This document shows, one piece after another, positions 56,308 through 64,000 of a stretch of DNA of 64,000 nucleotides. The notes beneath the pieces were generated by a model that had not been told where the DNA came from, ran no database searches, and saw only the letters and a list, made by a program, of their open reading frames with translations. The stretch comes from Candidatus Zhuqueibacterota bacterium (lineage in GTDB: Bacteria > Zhuqueibacterota > QNDG01 > JABMRT01), in contig JABMRT010000064.1 of assembly GCA_013202295.1 (NCBI GenBank), positions 3,362 through 67,361 on the forward strand, in the 5' to 3' direction. Both the position numbers and the translations under genes were made by a program. Each line of letters starts with the position of its first letter. The stretch's first letter is position 1.

Positions 56308-57165
56308 ATGATAACCTTGAAACATGTTGAGTTTGGGTACAGAAATGACCAACTCCTGTTTAAGGATCTGAATCTTAATATAGAGTCAGGAAATATATAC
56401 GGTCTTTTAGGCCCAAATGGTGCAGGAAAGACAAGTCTGCTGAAACTGCTTTGTGGACTGAGATTTCAAAAATCAGGAAGATGCGAGGTTTTAAAGTTAT
56501 CACCCAAAAGTCGTCCAAAAGTCCTATTTGAGAACCTCTTTTATTTGCCGGAACGTACTTCTTCTCTCTCTGGGTCAGTGAGCATGTATTTAAAAATATA
56601 CAGCCCTTTTTATCCAAAATTCGATCGAGATAAATTTAATGATTATTTAGAATTGTATAAAATTAATACAAATGTGAATCTATCAACTTTTTCTACCGGA
56701 CAAACACGGAAGTTCTTATTGGCATTCGCAATTGCGACAAACTGTCAAATCATATTACTGGATGAGCCGACAAATGGACTTGATATCCCTGGTAAAAGTC
56801 AATTCAGGAAAATCGTAGCTTCAGCACTCGATCAGAATAAACTTTTCCTCATTGCAACCCATCAAGTCAAAGACATTGAAACACTTGTCGATCATTATAT
56901 CATGATCGACAATGGAAAGATCGTGTTTGACCACTCCTCTGATGAAATTCAAAATAATTTAAAATTTGCACGAGTCACGAAAGAACCAGAACGGGATATT
57001 CTTTATTTTGAGAGATTCCCCGGCGGGTATCGAATAGTGTCATCAAATGAGGATGATGTGGAATCAGAAATTGATATTGAATTGTTGTTCAATGCGGTGA
57101 TGAAGGATGCTGGTAAAATCGATATCCATATGAAAGAGGAGGTGACCGTTGAAAATGAAAGTTGA
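56308..57165 (+). CDS. ABC transporter ATP-binding protein
   Basis: Walker A GPNGAGKTSLLK, a signature-like LSTGQTRK, and Walker B ILLDEPTNGLD. Confidence 0.75.
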   Translation: MITLKHVEFGYRNDQLLFKDLNLNIESGNIYGLLGPNGAGKTSLLKLLCGLRFQKSGRCEVLKLSPKSRPKVLFENLFYLPERTSSLSGSVSMYLKIYSPFYPKFDRDKFNDYLELYKINTNVNLSTFSTGQTRKFLLAFAIATNCQIILLDEPTNGLDIPGKSQFRKIVASALDQNKLFLIATHQVKDIETLVDHYIMIDNGKIVFDHSSDEIQNNLKFARVTKEPERDILYFERFPGGYRIVSSNEDDVESEIDIELLFNAVMKDAGKIDIHMKEEVTVENES

Positions 57166-57922
57166 TTTTTCAGTAAGGCGCTGTTGTTTACTCATTCGTG
57201 CAGATCTTGTGAATTATAGAAAAGAAATCGCCGTGTGCGCGGCCGCTTTAATTTTATTTTTTGCTGTAGGATTCTGGCTAAACAAGACGACGTTTGAGAA
57301 TGATCAGGTACCAGCCTTTATGTATCACTTCTTCTTAGTAGTTGGAGGAGCTTTGCTCGCCAGTGTTTCTTTAAGAGATATGGATCAAAATAGGTCGGGA
57401 TTAAATTATTTGACATTACCCGCATCACAGAATGAGAAAATCATTTCTAGATTATCCTTGACCTCTGTGGGATACATGCTTGCATTAACTTTCATGTTTA
57501 TTCCAGTTCAGGTCATTGCTCTGCAGTTTTATGAATTGAATGCAATAAAATACTCTGACTTGCTGATCAATCGACAAACCCTGAACTTCTTTATTCTGTA
57601 TGTGATCTTTTTTTATGGTTCAACACGATTCAGGACAATGGCACTATTTAAAACACTGGTTACAGGTACGATTGTCTACACCCTATTCTACTTTGTTGTC
57701 CGGATCATGGTAAATATTCTTTTTTGGGATATAATATATTTTGAGGATCATATGATTTTGTTGAGAATTATTTTCTCTGATCCAATCATGGAAAAGATGA
57801 TTTGGATACCGACCGGCGCCCATTATCTCAATCCATTAGTTTTATTGGCCGCCGTATTTATAACAATGCCATTCGCTTTCTTGCCGGCAGCATTCTTAAG
57901 ATTCAAAGAAAGCGAGATTTGA
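57149..57922 (+). CDS. Polytopic membrane protein of unknown function (putative permease partner of the ABC ATPase)
   Basis: 6-7 hydrophobic helices. Overlaps the ATPase gene by 17 nt. Confidence 0.5.
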   Translation: MKMKVDFSVRRCCLLIRADLVNYRKEIAVCAAALILFFAVGFWLNKTTFENDQVPAFMYHFFLVVGGALLASVSLRDMDQNRSGLNYLTLPASQNEKIISRLSLTSVGYMLALTFMFIPVQVIALQFYELNAIKYSDLLINRQTLNFFILYVIFFYGSTRFRTMALFKTLVTGTIVYTLFYFVVRIMVNILFWDIIYFEDHMILLRIIFSDPIMEKMIWIPTGAHYLNPLVLLAAVFITMPFAFLPAAFLRFKESEI

Positions 57923-57923
57923 T

Positions 57924-58295
57924 ATGGAATTTATCGGTACACAACCCATTTATTTACAGATTGTTGACCTCATTGCTGAAAATATCCTGTCAAGGAAGTG
58001 GGTGGAGGGAGAAAGGCTTGCCTCTGTGCGTGAACTTGCCATACAGATTGAAGTTAATCCGAACACAGTCTTGCGATCGTTTACCTATTTGCAGAACAGA
58101 AACGTCATTTTCAATAAAAGGGGCATTGGTTATTTTGTGGCAGAGAGCGCTTACGAAGTTCTATTGAATATCAAAAGAACAGAGTTTATTAAAAAAAATG
58201 CACCTCAATTTTTCAGGACTATGGACTTGTTGGATATAAAGATATCTGAATTGAATCGGTTATATACTTTATATAAAAAGGAGCATCACTCATGA
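57924..58295 (+). CDS. Short GntR-family (YtrA-like) transcriptional regulator
   Basis: HTH LASVRELAIQIEVNPNTVLRSFTYLQNRNVIFNKRGIGYFV. 123 aa with no effector-binding domain. Confidence 0.65.
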   Translation: MEFIGTQPIYLQIVDLIAENILSRKWVEGERLASVRELAIQIEVNPNTVLRSFTYLQNRNVIFNKRGIGYFVAESAYEVLLNIKRTEFIKKNAPQFFRTMDLLDIKISELNRLYTLYKKEHHS

Positions 58296-59065
58296 AACCC
58301 AGCAATAAACTGCTACTATTATATTTATTAATACTTTTATTGTTTATAATATTTCAACTACTGCGGTTCAAGAATAGGCTGGACCTTAATGTTGATAGTA
58401 CAGACAATATAGGTAGGAATATAGCCGACACTTTAAAAAATGATTATAACTTGACAGTCTTTGCTCCTCCAGCAGAGACAAAAGCATACTTGGTTCATTT
58501 TGGGGTGACCCGTGGATTTTGGGGACGGCTTGCTAAAGGTAATCTTTTCCAAGATTTGGGTTTGAAAACTGCTTGGGTGAATTCAGAATTTGGTTACATT
58601 GATTTTAAATTTAAGCCCACTCGTTACGCGCTCTTTAATAAACCTTCTAAGGGTCATAATAAGCCTGTTGTGGCCACTCGTTATTTTTTTGAAACAGATC
58701 CCGAGCAGATGATCCAAAATATATATGAGGAAACAGTTAATGTGATGGTCGTGAAATATCAGAATCCTGAGCATGCTTCATTTTGGTTCAACAGCTATTT
58801 CGAAAGAATTAGGATTGCTTTAGTAGAAAGGAGGACCAGGGAAAACCTTGTGAATTATGATGAAAAGAACGAATCTGGCTCCGATGCAGCAGTATGTCAG
58901 TGGATCAGTGGTCCTTGGGAAACGGCGATTATGGTTCCATTCAGTCAATGTGATGGAGACAGCCTCAAAGCACGACAGCTTTGTGATGCAATTCGAGATC
59001 GAGTGTTTGAGTATTATCAAGGTTTTAAGAATCCTCCCGAAGGCTCGGAGCCTTCGGGAGGATGA
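58292..59065 (+). CDS. Secreted/exported protein of unknown function; 3' end and stop codon supplied by a REP palindrome
   Basis: Signal-anchor MKPSNKLLLLYLLILLLFIIFQLL. The last residues ...NPPEGSEPSGG* are encoded by the 59031-59063 palindrome. Confidence 0.5.
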   Translation: MKPSNKLLLLYLLILLLFIIFQLLRFKNRLDLNVDSTDNIGRNIADTLKNDYNLTVFAPPAETKAYLVHFGVTRGFWGRLAKGNLFQDLGLKTAWVNSEFGYIDFKFKPTRYALFNKPSKGHNKPVVATRYFFETDPEQMIQNIYEETVNVMVVKYQNPEHASFWFNSYFERIRIALVERRTRENLVNYDEKNESGSDAAVCQWISGPWETAIMVPFSQCDGDSLKARQLCDAIRDRVFEYYQGFKNPPEGSEPSGG

Positions 59066-59704
59066 GGATAGAAATACATCAATCTATGGTAAATATGTCT
59101 AAATTCCCGGGTGTTACTAAATCAAGATCTTCAACAAAAAATTTATATTCTATCGCAGAAGAAAAGTACATATCTCTCACAGACAAATCAACTAGACTGC
59201 CCTTTCGTTCTTCAATAAATTCCAGATAATTTGAGAAAATCCATTTATCAGGTGATTCTACAAGCCCGGCTTCCACGGGATTTCGATGGATATACCGTAT
59301 CAAATGCATGAGGTCTTCATCTTTATCCACGAGTACGTGTTTAAAACGCCCTTCAAAGAGTGGGCCTTTGCGGTCAAGTTGTTTGTTCAAGGCCTGAACA
59401 TAGCTATTGAATGTCGATTGAATAAAGCGAGAGATTGAATGTTCGTCTTCTGGCCTGACAAGAAAATGATAATGGTTCGGCATGAGGCAGTAGGCAATAA
59501 TTTTGATTTGGTGCCTTTCGGCATTCTTTTTCACCAAATGAAGGCAATAGGTGTAATTGTCTTCTGAGAAGAAGATTTGTTGTTTATTGACACCCCGGTT
59601 GTACAGATGATAGTACTGGTTTTGAGAGATGTTTTTATAACGAGTTGGCATTATTGATAATTCTTTTATGCATCCTCCCGAAGGCTTCGAGCCTTCGGGA
59701 GGAT
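59031..59704. mobile_element. REP-RAYT-REP unit: tyrosine HUH transposase gene flanked by two inverted copies of a 33-bp palindromic element
   Basis: 59031-59063 ATCCTCCCGAAGG-CTCGGAG-CCTTCGGGAGGAT and 59672-59704 ATCCTCCCGAAGG-CTTCGAG-CCTTCGGGAGGAT. The loops are near reverse complements of each other. Confidence 0.65.
59079..59651 (-). CDS. REP-associated tyrosine transposase (RAYT; IS200/IS605-like TnpA HUH family)
   Basis: HUH motif PNHYHFLV; catalytic Tyr region IRYIHRNPVEAGL. 190 aa. Confidence 0.7.
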   Translation of the reverse strand: MPTRYKNISQNQYYHLYNRGVNKQQIFFSEDNYTYCLHLVKKNAERHQIKIIAYCLMPNHYHFLVRPEDEHSISRFIQSTFNSYVQALNKQLDRKGPLFEGRFKHVLVDKDEDLMHLIRYIHRNPVEAGLVESPDKWIFSNYLEFIEERKGSLVDLSVRDMYFSSAIEYKFFVEDLDLVTPGNLDIFTID

Positions 59705-59715
59705 TTCTATTGAGT

Positions 59716-60774
59716 TTAGCAAATCCTTGGCAATTGATCGCCGGTCAGCAGATCGAGGATACGTCGTCCTCCGTATGCATTTGCCGCAGTCACTGATCCT
59801 TTCGGCTTTTCCTTTACGCTTCCAATCACTATTGCTTCTTTTCCCTCAGAATGGGAATGAATCAACTCCAACGCTTTATCGGCTGATGATTCCGGTACAA
59901 AAAGTACAAATCGACCCTCATTGGCGACGTAGAATGGATCCAGTCCGAAGAGTTCGCACGCACCTTGCACGGTTTCATTGACTGGCACGACATCTTCCCG
60001 TAACTCAAAATGGGTTTGACTTTGATCAGCCAGTTCCACCAAAGCCGTAGCCATTCCGCCGCGTGTGCAGTCGCGCATGCAGTGAATGGGAATGTCATTT
60101 TCCAGCAATTGTAGAACGATCCTGTGTAGAGGGGCACAATCACTCATGATTTCTGTTTCAAAGGATAGACCTTCACGTGAAGACAAAACCGCGATACCGT
60201 GGCGGCCTATGTCCCCGCTCAATATGATTTTATCTCCTGGGCGGATTTCAGAAGGCCCAACGGATTGGGTATGATCCAGTGTGCCGACTCCGGTTGTATT
60301 GATCAGGAGTTCGCCATCCCCTTTGCGATCAATGACTTTTGTGTCGCCGGTTACGATTTGTATGTTCGATTCCTTTGCCGCTTCGCCAATACTCTGAATG
60401 ACTTTCCACAACGTTTCCATTTCCAGACCCTCCTCCATGATCAGGGAGAGGCTGAGCCATCTGGGTGTGGCGCCGCACATGGCAAGATCATTGACTGTTC
60501 CAAATACAGAGAGTTTCCCGATATCACTTCCCGGGAAAAATAGGGGCTGAATCACATGGCTGTCCGTGGTCATCACAATCCGCGCATCAGGATTTTCCAG
60601 CACTGCACCATCATGTCCTTGATCCAGATACTGATTCTTGAGTATTGGCTCAAACATGCGATGAATGAGATCTCGAGTCAGCTTTCCGCCGCTGCCGTGG
60701 GCCATGATGATTTTCGGATACTGACTCAGGGGGATGGGACATTGCTGTCCCTTCCATTCGAGATTATCAGGCAT
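59716..60774 (-). CDS. hypE: Hydrogenase maturation carbamoyl dehydratase HypE (start reassigned to MPDNLEW..., overlapping hypD stop)
   Basis: AGGAGA RBS. ...[11 protein letters not shown]... AIR-synthase-like fold. Conserved C-terminal ...QLPRIC. Confidence 0.75.
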   Translation of the reverse strand: MPDNLEWKGQQCPIPLSQYPKIIMAHGSGGKLTRDLIHRMFEPILKNQYLDQGHDGAVLENPDARIVMTTDSHVIQPLFFPGSDIGKLSVFGTVNDLAMCGATPRWLSLSLIMEEGLEMETLWKVIQSIGEAAKESNIQIVTGDTKVIDRKGDGELLINTTGVGTLDHTQSVGPSEIRPGDKIILSGDIGRHGIAVLSSREGLSFETEIMSDCAPLHRIVLQLLENDIPIHCMRDCTRGGMATALVELADQSQTHFELREDVVPVNETVQGACELFGLDPFYVANEGRFVLFVPESSADKALELIHSHSEGKEAIVIGSVKEKPKGSVTAANAYGGRRILDLLTGDQLPRIC

Positions 60775-61858
60775 TGGATCTCCTGTATTTGTAATAGGCT
60801 GCGCATGCTCCCTCGGAGGAAACCATGGTCGCGCCGAGCGGGGATTCTGGTGTGCACTCTTTTCCGAAAGCGGGGCATTCATCCGGCTTTTTTAGTCCTT
60901 GCAACACCTGGCCGCTGATGCAGATTTCCGGTTCGGCAATGTCTTCATCTATCAGATAGAATTTTCGTTCCGCGTCGAAATCCAGATAAGAATCTCTTAA
61001 TCCCAAACCGCTATTGGGGATGTTGCCGATGCCGCGCCATTGTCGGTCCACAACCTTAAATACTTTTTTCATCCACTTCTGAGCGGGGATATTACCCTCG
61101 CGACGAACAGACCGGATGTATTGATTCTCGACTTCCGCGCGACCTTCTTCCAGTTGTTTGATGCAGAGATAGACTCCTTGAACAAGATCCAAAGGTTCGA
61201 ATCCAGTAACGACGATAGGGATGTTGAACTTCTCCGCGATGGGAAAATATTCCTCGTATCCCATGACTGTACAGACATGACCGGCGGCGAGGAATCCATC
61301 AATCTTGGTGTGAGGCGACGAAAGAATGGCCTCCATCGCCGGGGGGACGAGCACGTGGGTGACGAGCATGGAGAAATTTGTGAGTTCATTTTCTTTGGCA
61401 TGCTGGACTGCCATTGCCGTCGCCGGGGCCGTGGTTTCAAATCCAATGGCGAAGAAAACAACTTCCTTTGCCGGATTATCCTGAGCAATTTTCAAGGCAT
61501 CCATGGGGGAGTAGACCATGCGGATATCCCTGCCTTCGGCTTTGACAGAGAGCAGATCTCTGTCCTTTCCCGGTACGCGCAGCATATCCCCAAAAGAACA
61601 GAATATGACTTCGGGCCCCGATGCCAGCTTGATTGCTTTTTCGATCATGTTTAGGGGCGTCACACAGACGGGGCATCCGGGACCATGAAGCAAGGTGATT
61701 TTTTTAGGGAGCAGATCCTGCAATCCATGTTTCATGATGGCGTGGGTCTGGCCGCCGCAAATTTCCATGATTTGCCAGTCGCGTACGGTGATCCGATGAA
61801 TGGCATCCAGCACGGTTTGGATTGAGTTGGCATCCCGGAATTCGGAGAGGTATTTCAT
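60767..61858 (-). CDS. hypD: Hydrogenase maturation protein HypD
   Basis: Motifs [17 protein letters not shown] and FAIGFETT. Confidence 0.8.
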   Translation of the reverse strand: MKYLSEFRDANSIQTVLDAIHRITVRDWQIMEICGGQTHAIMKHGLQDLLPKKITLLHGPGCPVCVTPLNMIEKAIKLASGPEVIFCSFGDMLRVPGKDRDLLSVKAEGRDIRMVYSPMDALKIAQDNPAKEVVFFAIGFETTAPATAMAVQHAKENELTNFSMLVTHVLVPPAMEAILSSPHTKIDGFLAAGHVCTVMGYEEYFPIAEKFNIPIVVTGFEPLDLVQGVYLCIKQLEEGRAEVENQYIRSVRREGNIPAQKWMKKVFKVVDRQWRGIGNIPNSGLGLRDSYLDFDAERKFYLIDEDIAEPEICISGQVLQGLKKPDECPAFGKECTPESPLGATMVSSEGACAAYYKYRRSNA

Positions 61859-62106
61859 TTATTCCGATGCTCCTGCTCTTTTTCTGCGATTTCATGCCAG
61901 ATGGCCAAGGTTTCCGCGGCCTCTTTCGGATCGATCACACTGAGCGCAAATCCGACATGCACATTCACGTAATCTCCCACCTTCGCGTCAGGTACGTATC
62001 CAAGATGGATTTCACGGACCACACCGCCGAATTGGACCTTGCCTTTTCGTTTAATGGGTTCGGCTTCTTTGATTTCAATGATTTGTCCGGGGATTGCGAG
62101 ACACAT
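61855..62106 (-). CDS. hypC: Hydrogenase assembly chaperone HypC
   Basis: N-terminal [10 protein letters not shown], 83 aa, GAGGAA RBS. Confidence 0.8.
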   Translation of the reverse strand: MCLAIPGQIIEIKEAEPIKRKGKVQFGGVVREIHLGYVPDAKVGDYVNVHVGFALSVIDPKEAAETLAIWHEIAEKEQEHRNK

Positions 62107-62114
62107 TTTGTTCC

Positions 62115-62156
62115 TCGTATTTCGTATGTAGTATGTAGTATGTTGTATATTGTATA
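62115..62156. repeat. Six tandem heptads (T-N-GTAT-N) in the hypF-hypC intergenic spacer
   Basis: TCGTATT TCGTATG TAGTATG TAGTATG TTGTATA TTGTATA, seen directly. Confidence 0.55.
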
Positions 62157-62171
62157 CGGTACACAGTATAC
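62152..62171. promoter_or_regulatory. GTATAC-N8-GTATAC site immediately upstream of hypC (second copy of the motif at 49570-49589)
   Basis: GTATACGGTACACAGTATAC. The spacer GGTACACA is similar to the first site's spacer GCTACAAC. Confidence 0.4.
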
Positions 62172-62176
62172 CATGA

Positions 62177-64000
62177 TTACTTGATCAAGTCAAATTTTAA
62201 GGCTCCGATTTGGCCAAGGCTGATGCCGCCGTCATTGGGCGGGACGCGTTGATGCCAGTAAACTTTGAATCCTTCATCTATGAGTTTTTGAATGGATCTC
62301 TCCGTGAGTAGTTTATTTTGAAAACAGCCGCCGCTGAGAACGATTTGTTCCTGATTGGATTTCTGAGCAATCTTGAGGATGATCTCCGCACAGGTCCAAT
62401 GAAAGCGATCTGCAATGGTTTCAGTGGGGACACGGGATTTGCCATCATTCAGGATTTCCCGGATCATGGGCTTCCAATCGATTTGAGCCATTCCATCATG
62501 GTCCTTCACTTCAAATGGATAGGATTGATCTTGTTTGTTCGACTGCCATGCCGCGTACTCAAGGAGCATGGCGGCCTGGCCTTCGTACTGATTGATCTGA
62601 CAGAGTCCGGTTATGGAGGCAATCGCGTCGAACAGTCGTCCGGCACTGGTTGTGGAAGTTGTCGCTTGTTGATTTGAAAGCAGTTTATTGAGGTTGCTCC
62701 ATTCCAGTTCATTAAATGCCTGGAATACAGTCGTGCAGACTGATTCGTCCAGATTTTCTCCAAAGATGGACTTCAAAAGACCCAGCGCGGATCGGCGAGG
62801 TTCTCTGATTGCAGTATCTCCTCCTACAAGGGGGAAGGAACGAAGTGATGCGAACCGTTTCCACTTTCCAGAATCCACGGTAATGAATTCACCACCCCAG
62901 ATGGTGCCATCAGTTCCATATCCCGTGCCGTCCCAGCTTACACCAAGTATCGGCGGCTCGAGTTCGTTTTCTAACATACAGCTGAGAATATGGGCCAGAT
63001 GGTGCTGAACGGGTCGGTGATCCAATCCGATATTCTGCGCTTCATTTGTTGACACATAGTCAGGATGCAAATCATGCAGAATGATCGCAGGCTGTTTGTC
63101 TGTCAATTTCTGCAGATCCTCCTGGATGCGTCGAAAGTGATGCAGTGCTGGTTCCGTCTCCAGGTCGCCGATGTGCTGGCTGATGATCGCTTGATTTTGT
63201 CCAGCAATTGTAATCGTATTTTTTAAATGCCCACCGAATGCGAGTGCGGGTTTGATTTCCTCATTCAACATGATGGGAAGGGGGGCATAGCCGCGTGAGC
63301 GGCGAAGGATCAGTTCGCGTCCGGCCACAATCCGCCCTATGGAGTCATCAACAGGCCGGACGATGGGGCGGTCGTGCATCAGAAAGAAATCCGCAATATA
63401 CCTCAGCCTATCCAAAGCTTCCTGATTGTCAATACAAATGGGCTCTTCTGTGAGATTGCCGCTGGTAGCTACGACCGATCTATCCAGCTGCTGCATCAGA
63501 ACGTGATGCAAAGGTGTATATGGCAGCATGGCTCCGAGACAGGGATTGTTGGGAGCGACTTCGGGCGAAATATGGGAATTGGTATCTGGTTTTTTCCATA
63601 GCAAAAGAATAGGCGCTTCGGGTGAAGTGAGCCAGCGTTTTTCAAGATCTGATACTTCGCATACAGATTCGATAGAAGCAAGATTCGGGAACATGAGGGC
63701 GAAAGGTTTCTCCCCGCGTCGTTTTCGATCCCTTAATCGTTGGACGGCCGCAGAATTGGTCGCGTCCGCCATCAAGTGAAAACCGCCGAGTCCTTTGACG
63801 GCTACGATCTTTCCATCCACAATAGCCTGAGCGGTTTGTTCCATCGCGTCCTGCCGAGATGAGAGCGGTTTGCCATCCTTATCACAAAATTCGAGTTGTG
63901 GGCCGCAAGCTGGACATGCATTGGGTTGGGCGTGAAAACGGCGGTCCCTCTGATTTCCATATTCAGCCTGACATTCCGGACACATATAGAAATCTTTCAT
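62177..64000 (-). CDS. hypF: Carbamoyltransferase HypF, C-terminal ~607 aa (zinc-finger, YrdC-like and Kae1-like domains); N-terminal acylphosphatase/first zinc finger lie beyond the window end
   Basis: CPECQAEY...CPACGP zinc finger at the ORF start, and the YrdC-like segment ...GLGGFHLMADATN.... The ORF is open to position 64000. Confidence 0.75.
   Translation of the reverse strand: MKDFYMCPECQAEYGNQRDRRFHAQPNACPACGPQLEFCDKDGKPLSSRQDAMEQTAQAIVDGKIVAVKGLGGFHLMADATNSAAVQRLRDRKRRGEKPFALMFPNLASIESVCEVSDLEKRWLTSPEAPILLLWKKPDTNSHISPEVAPNNPCLGAMLPYTPLHHVLMQQLDRSVVATSGNLTEEPICIDNQEALDRLRYIADFFLMHDRPIVRPVDDSIGRIVAGRELILRRSRGYAPLPIMLNEEIKPALAFGGHLKNTITIAGQNQAIISQHIGDLETEPALHHFRRIQEDLQKLTDKQPAIILHDLHPDYVSTNEAQNIGLDHRPVQHHLAHILSCMLENELEPPILGVSWDGTGYGTDGTIWGGEFITVDSGKWKRFASLRSFPLVGGDTAIREPRRSALGLLKSIFGENLDESVCTTVFQAFNELEWSNLNKLLSNQQATTSTTSAGRLFDAIASITGLCQINQYEGQAAMLLEYAAWQSNKQDQSYPFEVKDHDGMAQIDWKPMIREILNDGKSRVPTETIADRFHWTCAEIILKIAQKSNQEQIVLSGGCFQNKLLTERSIQKLIDEGFKVYWHQRVPPNDGGISLGQIGALKFDLIK

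Noticed and set aside
61185-61205. tRNA-like T-loop sequence GGTTCGAATCC
   Set aside because: It lies inside the hypD coding sequence. The flanking sequence cannot form a T-stem or acceptor stem. No other tRNA hallmarks are present.
62177-64000. HypF apparently lacking the acylphosphatase domain
   Set aside because: The ORF is open to the last base of the window. The missing N-terminal domain is almost certainly beyond the window edge and not a genuine truncation.

Overview
This is a 64-kb bacterial chromosomal window. A type-IX-secretion (T9SS) C-terminal sorting domain sits next to strong Shine-Dalgarno sites, which suggests an FCB-superphylum lineage outside classical Bacteroidia. The two dominant regions are described below.

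- **Surface-protein cluster (4.4-19.7 kb, minus strand).** It encodes a 2340-aa giant repeat adhesin, three paralogous DUF11 (conserved-repeat-domain) proteins and a 1030-aa putative outer-membrane protein.
- **Hydrogenase operon (42.1-54.7 kb, plus strand).** This tightly packed respiratory [NiFe] hydrogenase operon encodes AsrA/AsrB-like (sulfhydrogenase beta/gamma-like) NAD(P)H-module subunits and a HycB-like polyferredoxin, followed by an Mbh-type group-4 hydrogenase core and a complete Mrp antiporter module, a NuoI-like subunit and a HycI-type maturation protease. hypF-hypC-hypD-hypE lie at the window end.

Other contents include a MacB/FtsX-type permease pair with a HlyD adaptor; an ECF sigma / zinc-finger anti-sigma pair with two TonB-C-domain lipoproteins; TonB/TPR genes; a GT9 heptosyltransferase; an aldo/keto reductase with an Fe-S tail plus two Tat-signal sulfatases and an outer-membrane barrel; and a GltP-type symporter. 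A low-GC Fic islet is inserted at the 3' end of that symporter gene and carries a diverged duplicate of the gene's last ~70 bp. A second low-GC islet (ABC ATPase, membrane protein, short YtrA-like GntR, secreted protein) ends in a REP-RAYT-REP unit.

No rRNA, tRNA or CRISPR arrays were recognised. The main hunt findings are:

- the composite NAD(P)H-module plus Mrp-Mbh hydrogenase operon;
- a GTATAC-N8-GTATAC motif that I found only in the two hydrogenase clusters;
- an apparent frameshift in mrpE;
- the DUF11 surface-protein cluster, whose paralogues share an N-terminal half-domain motif;
- the Fic islet with target-end duplication;
- a REP palindrome that supplies the 3' end of a coding sequence.
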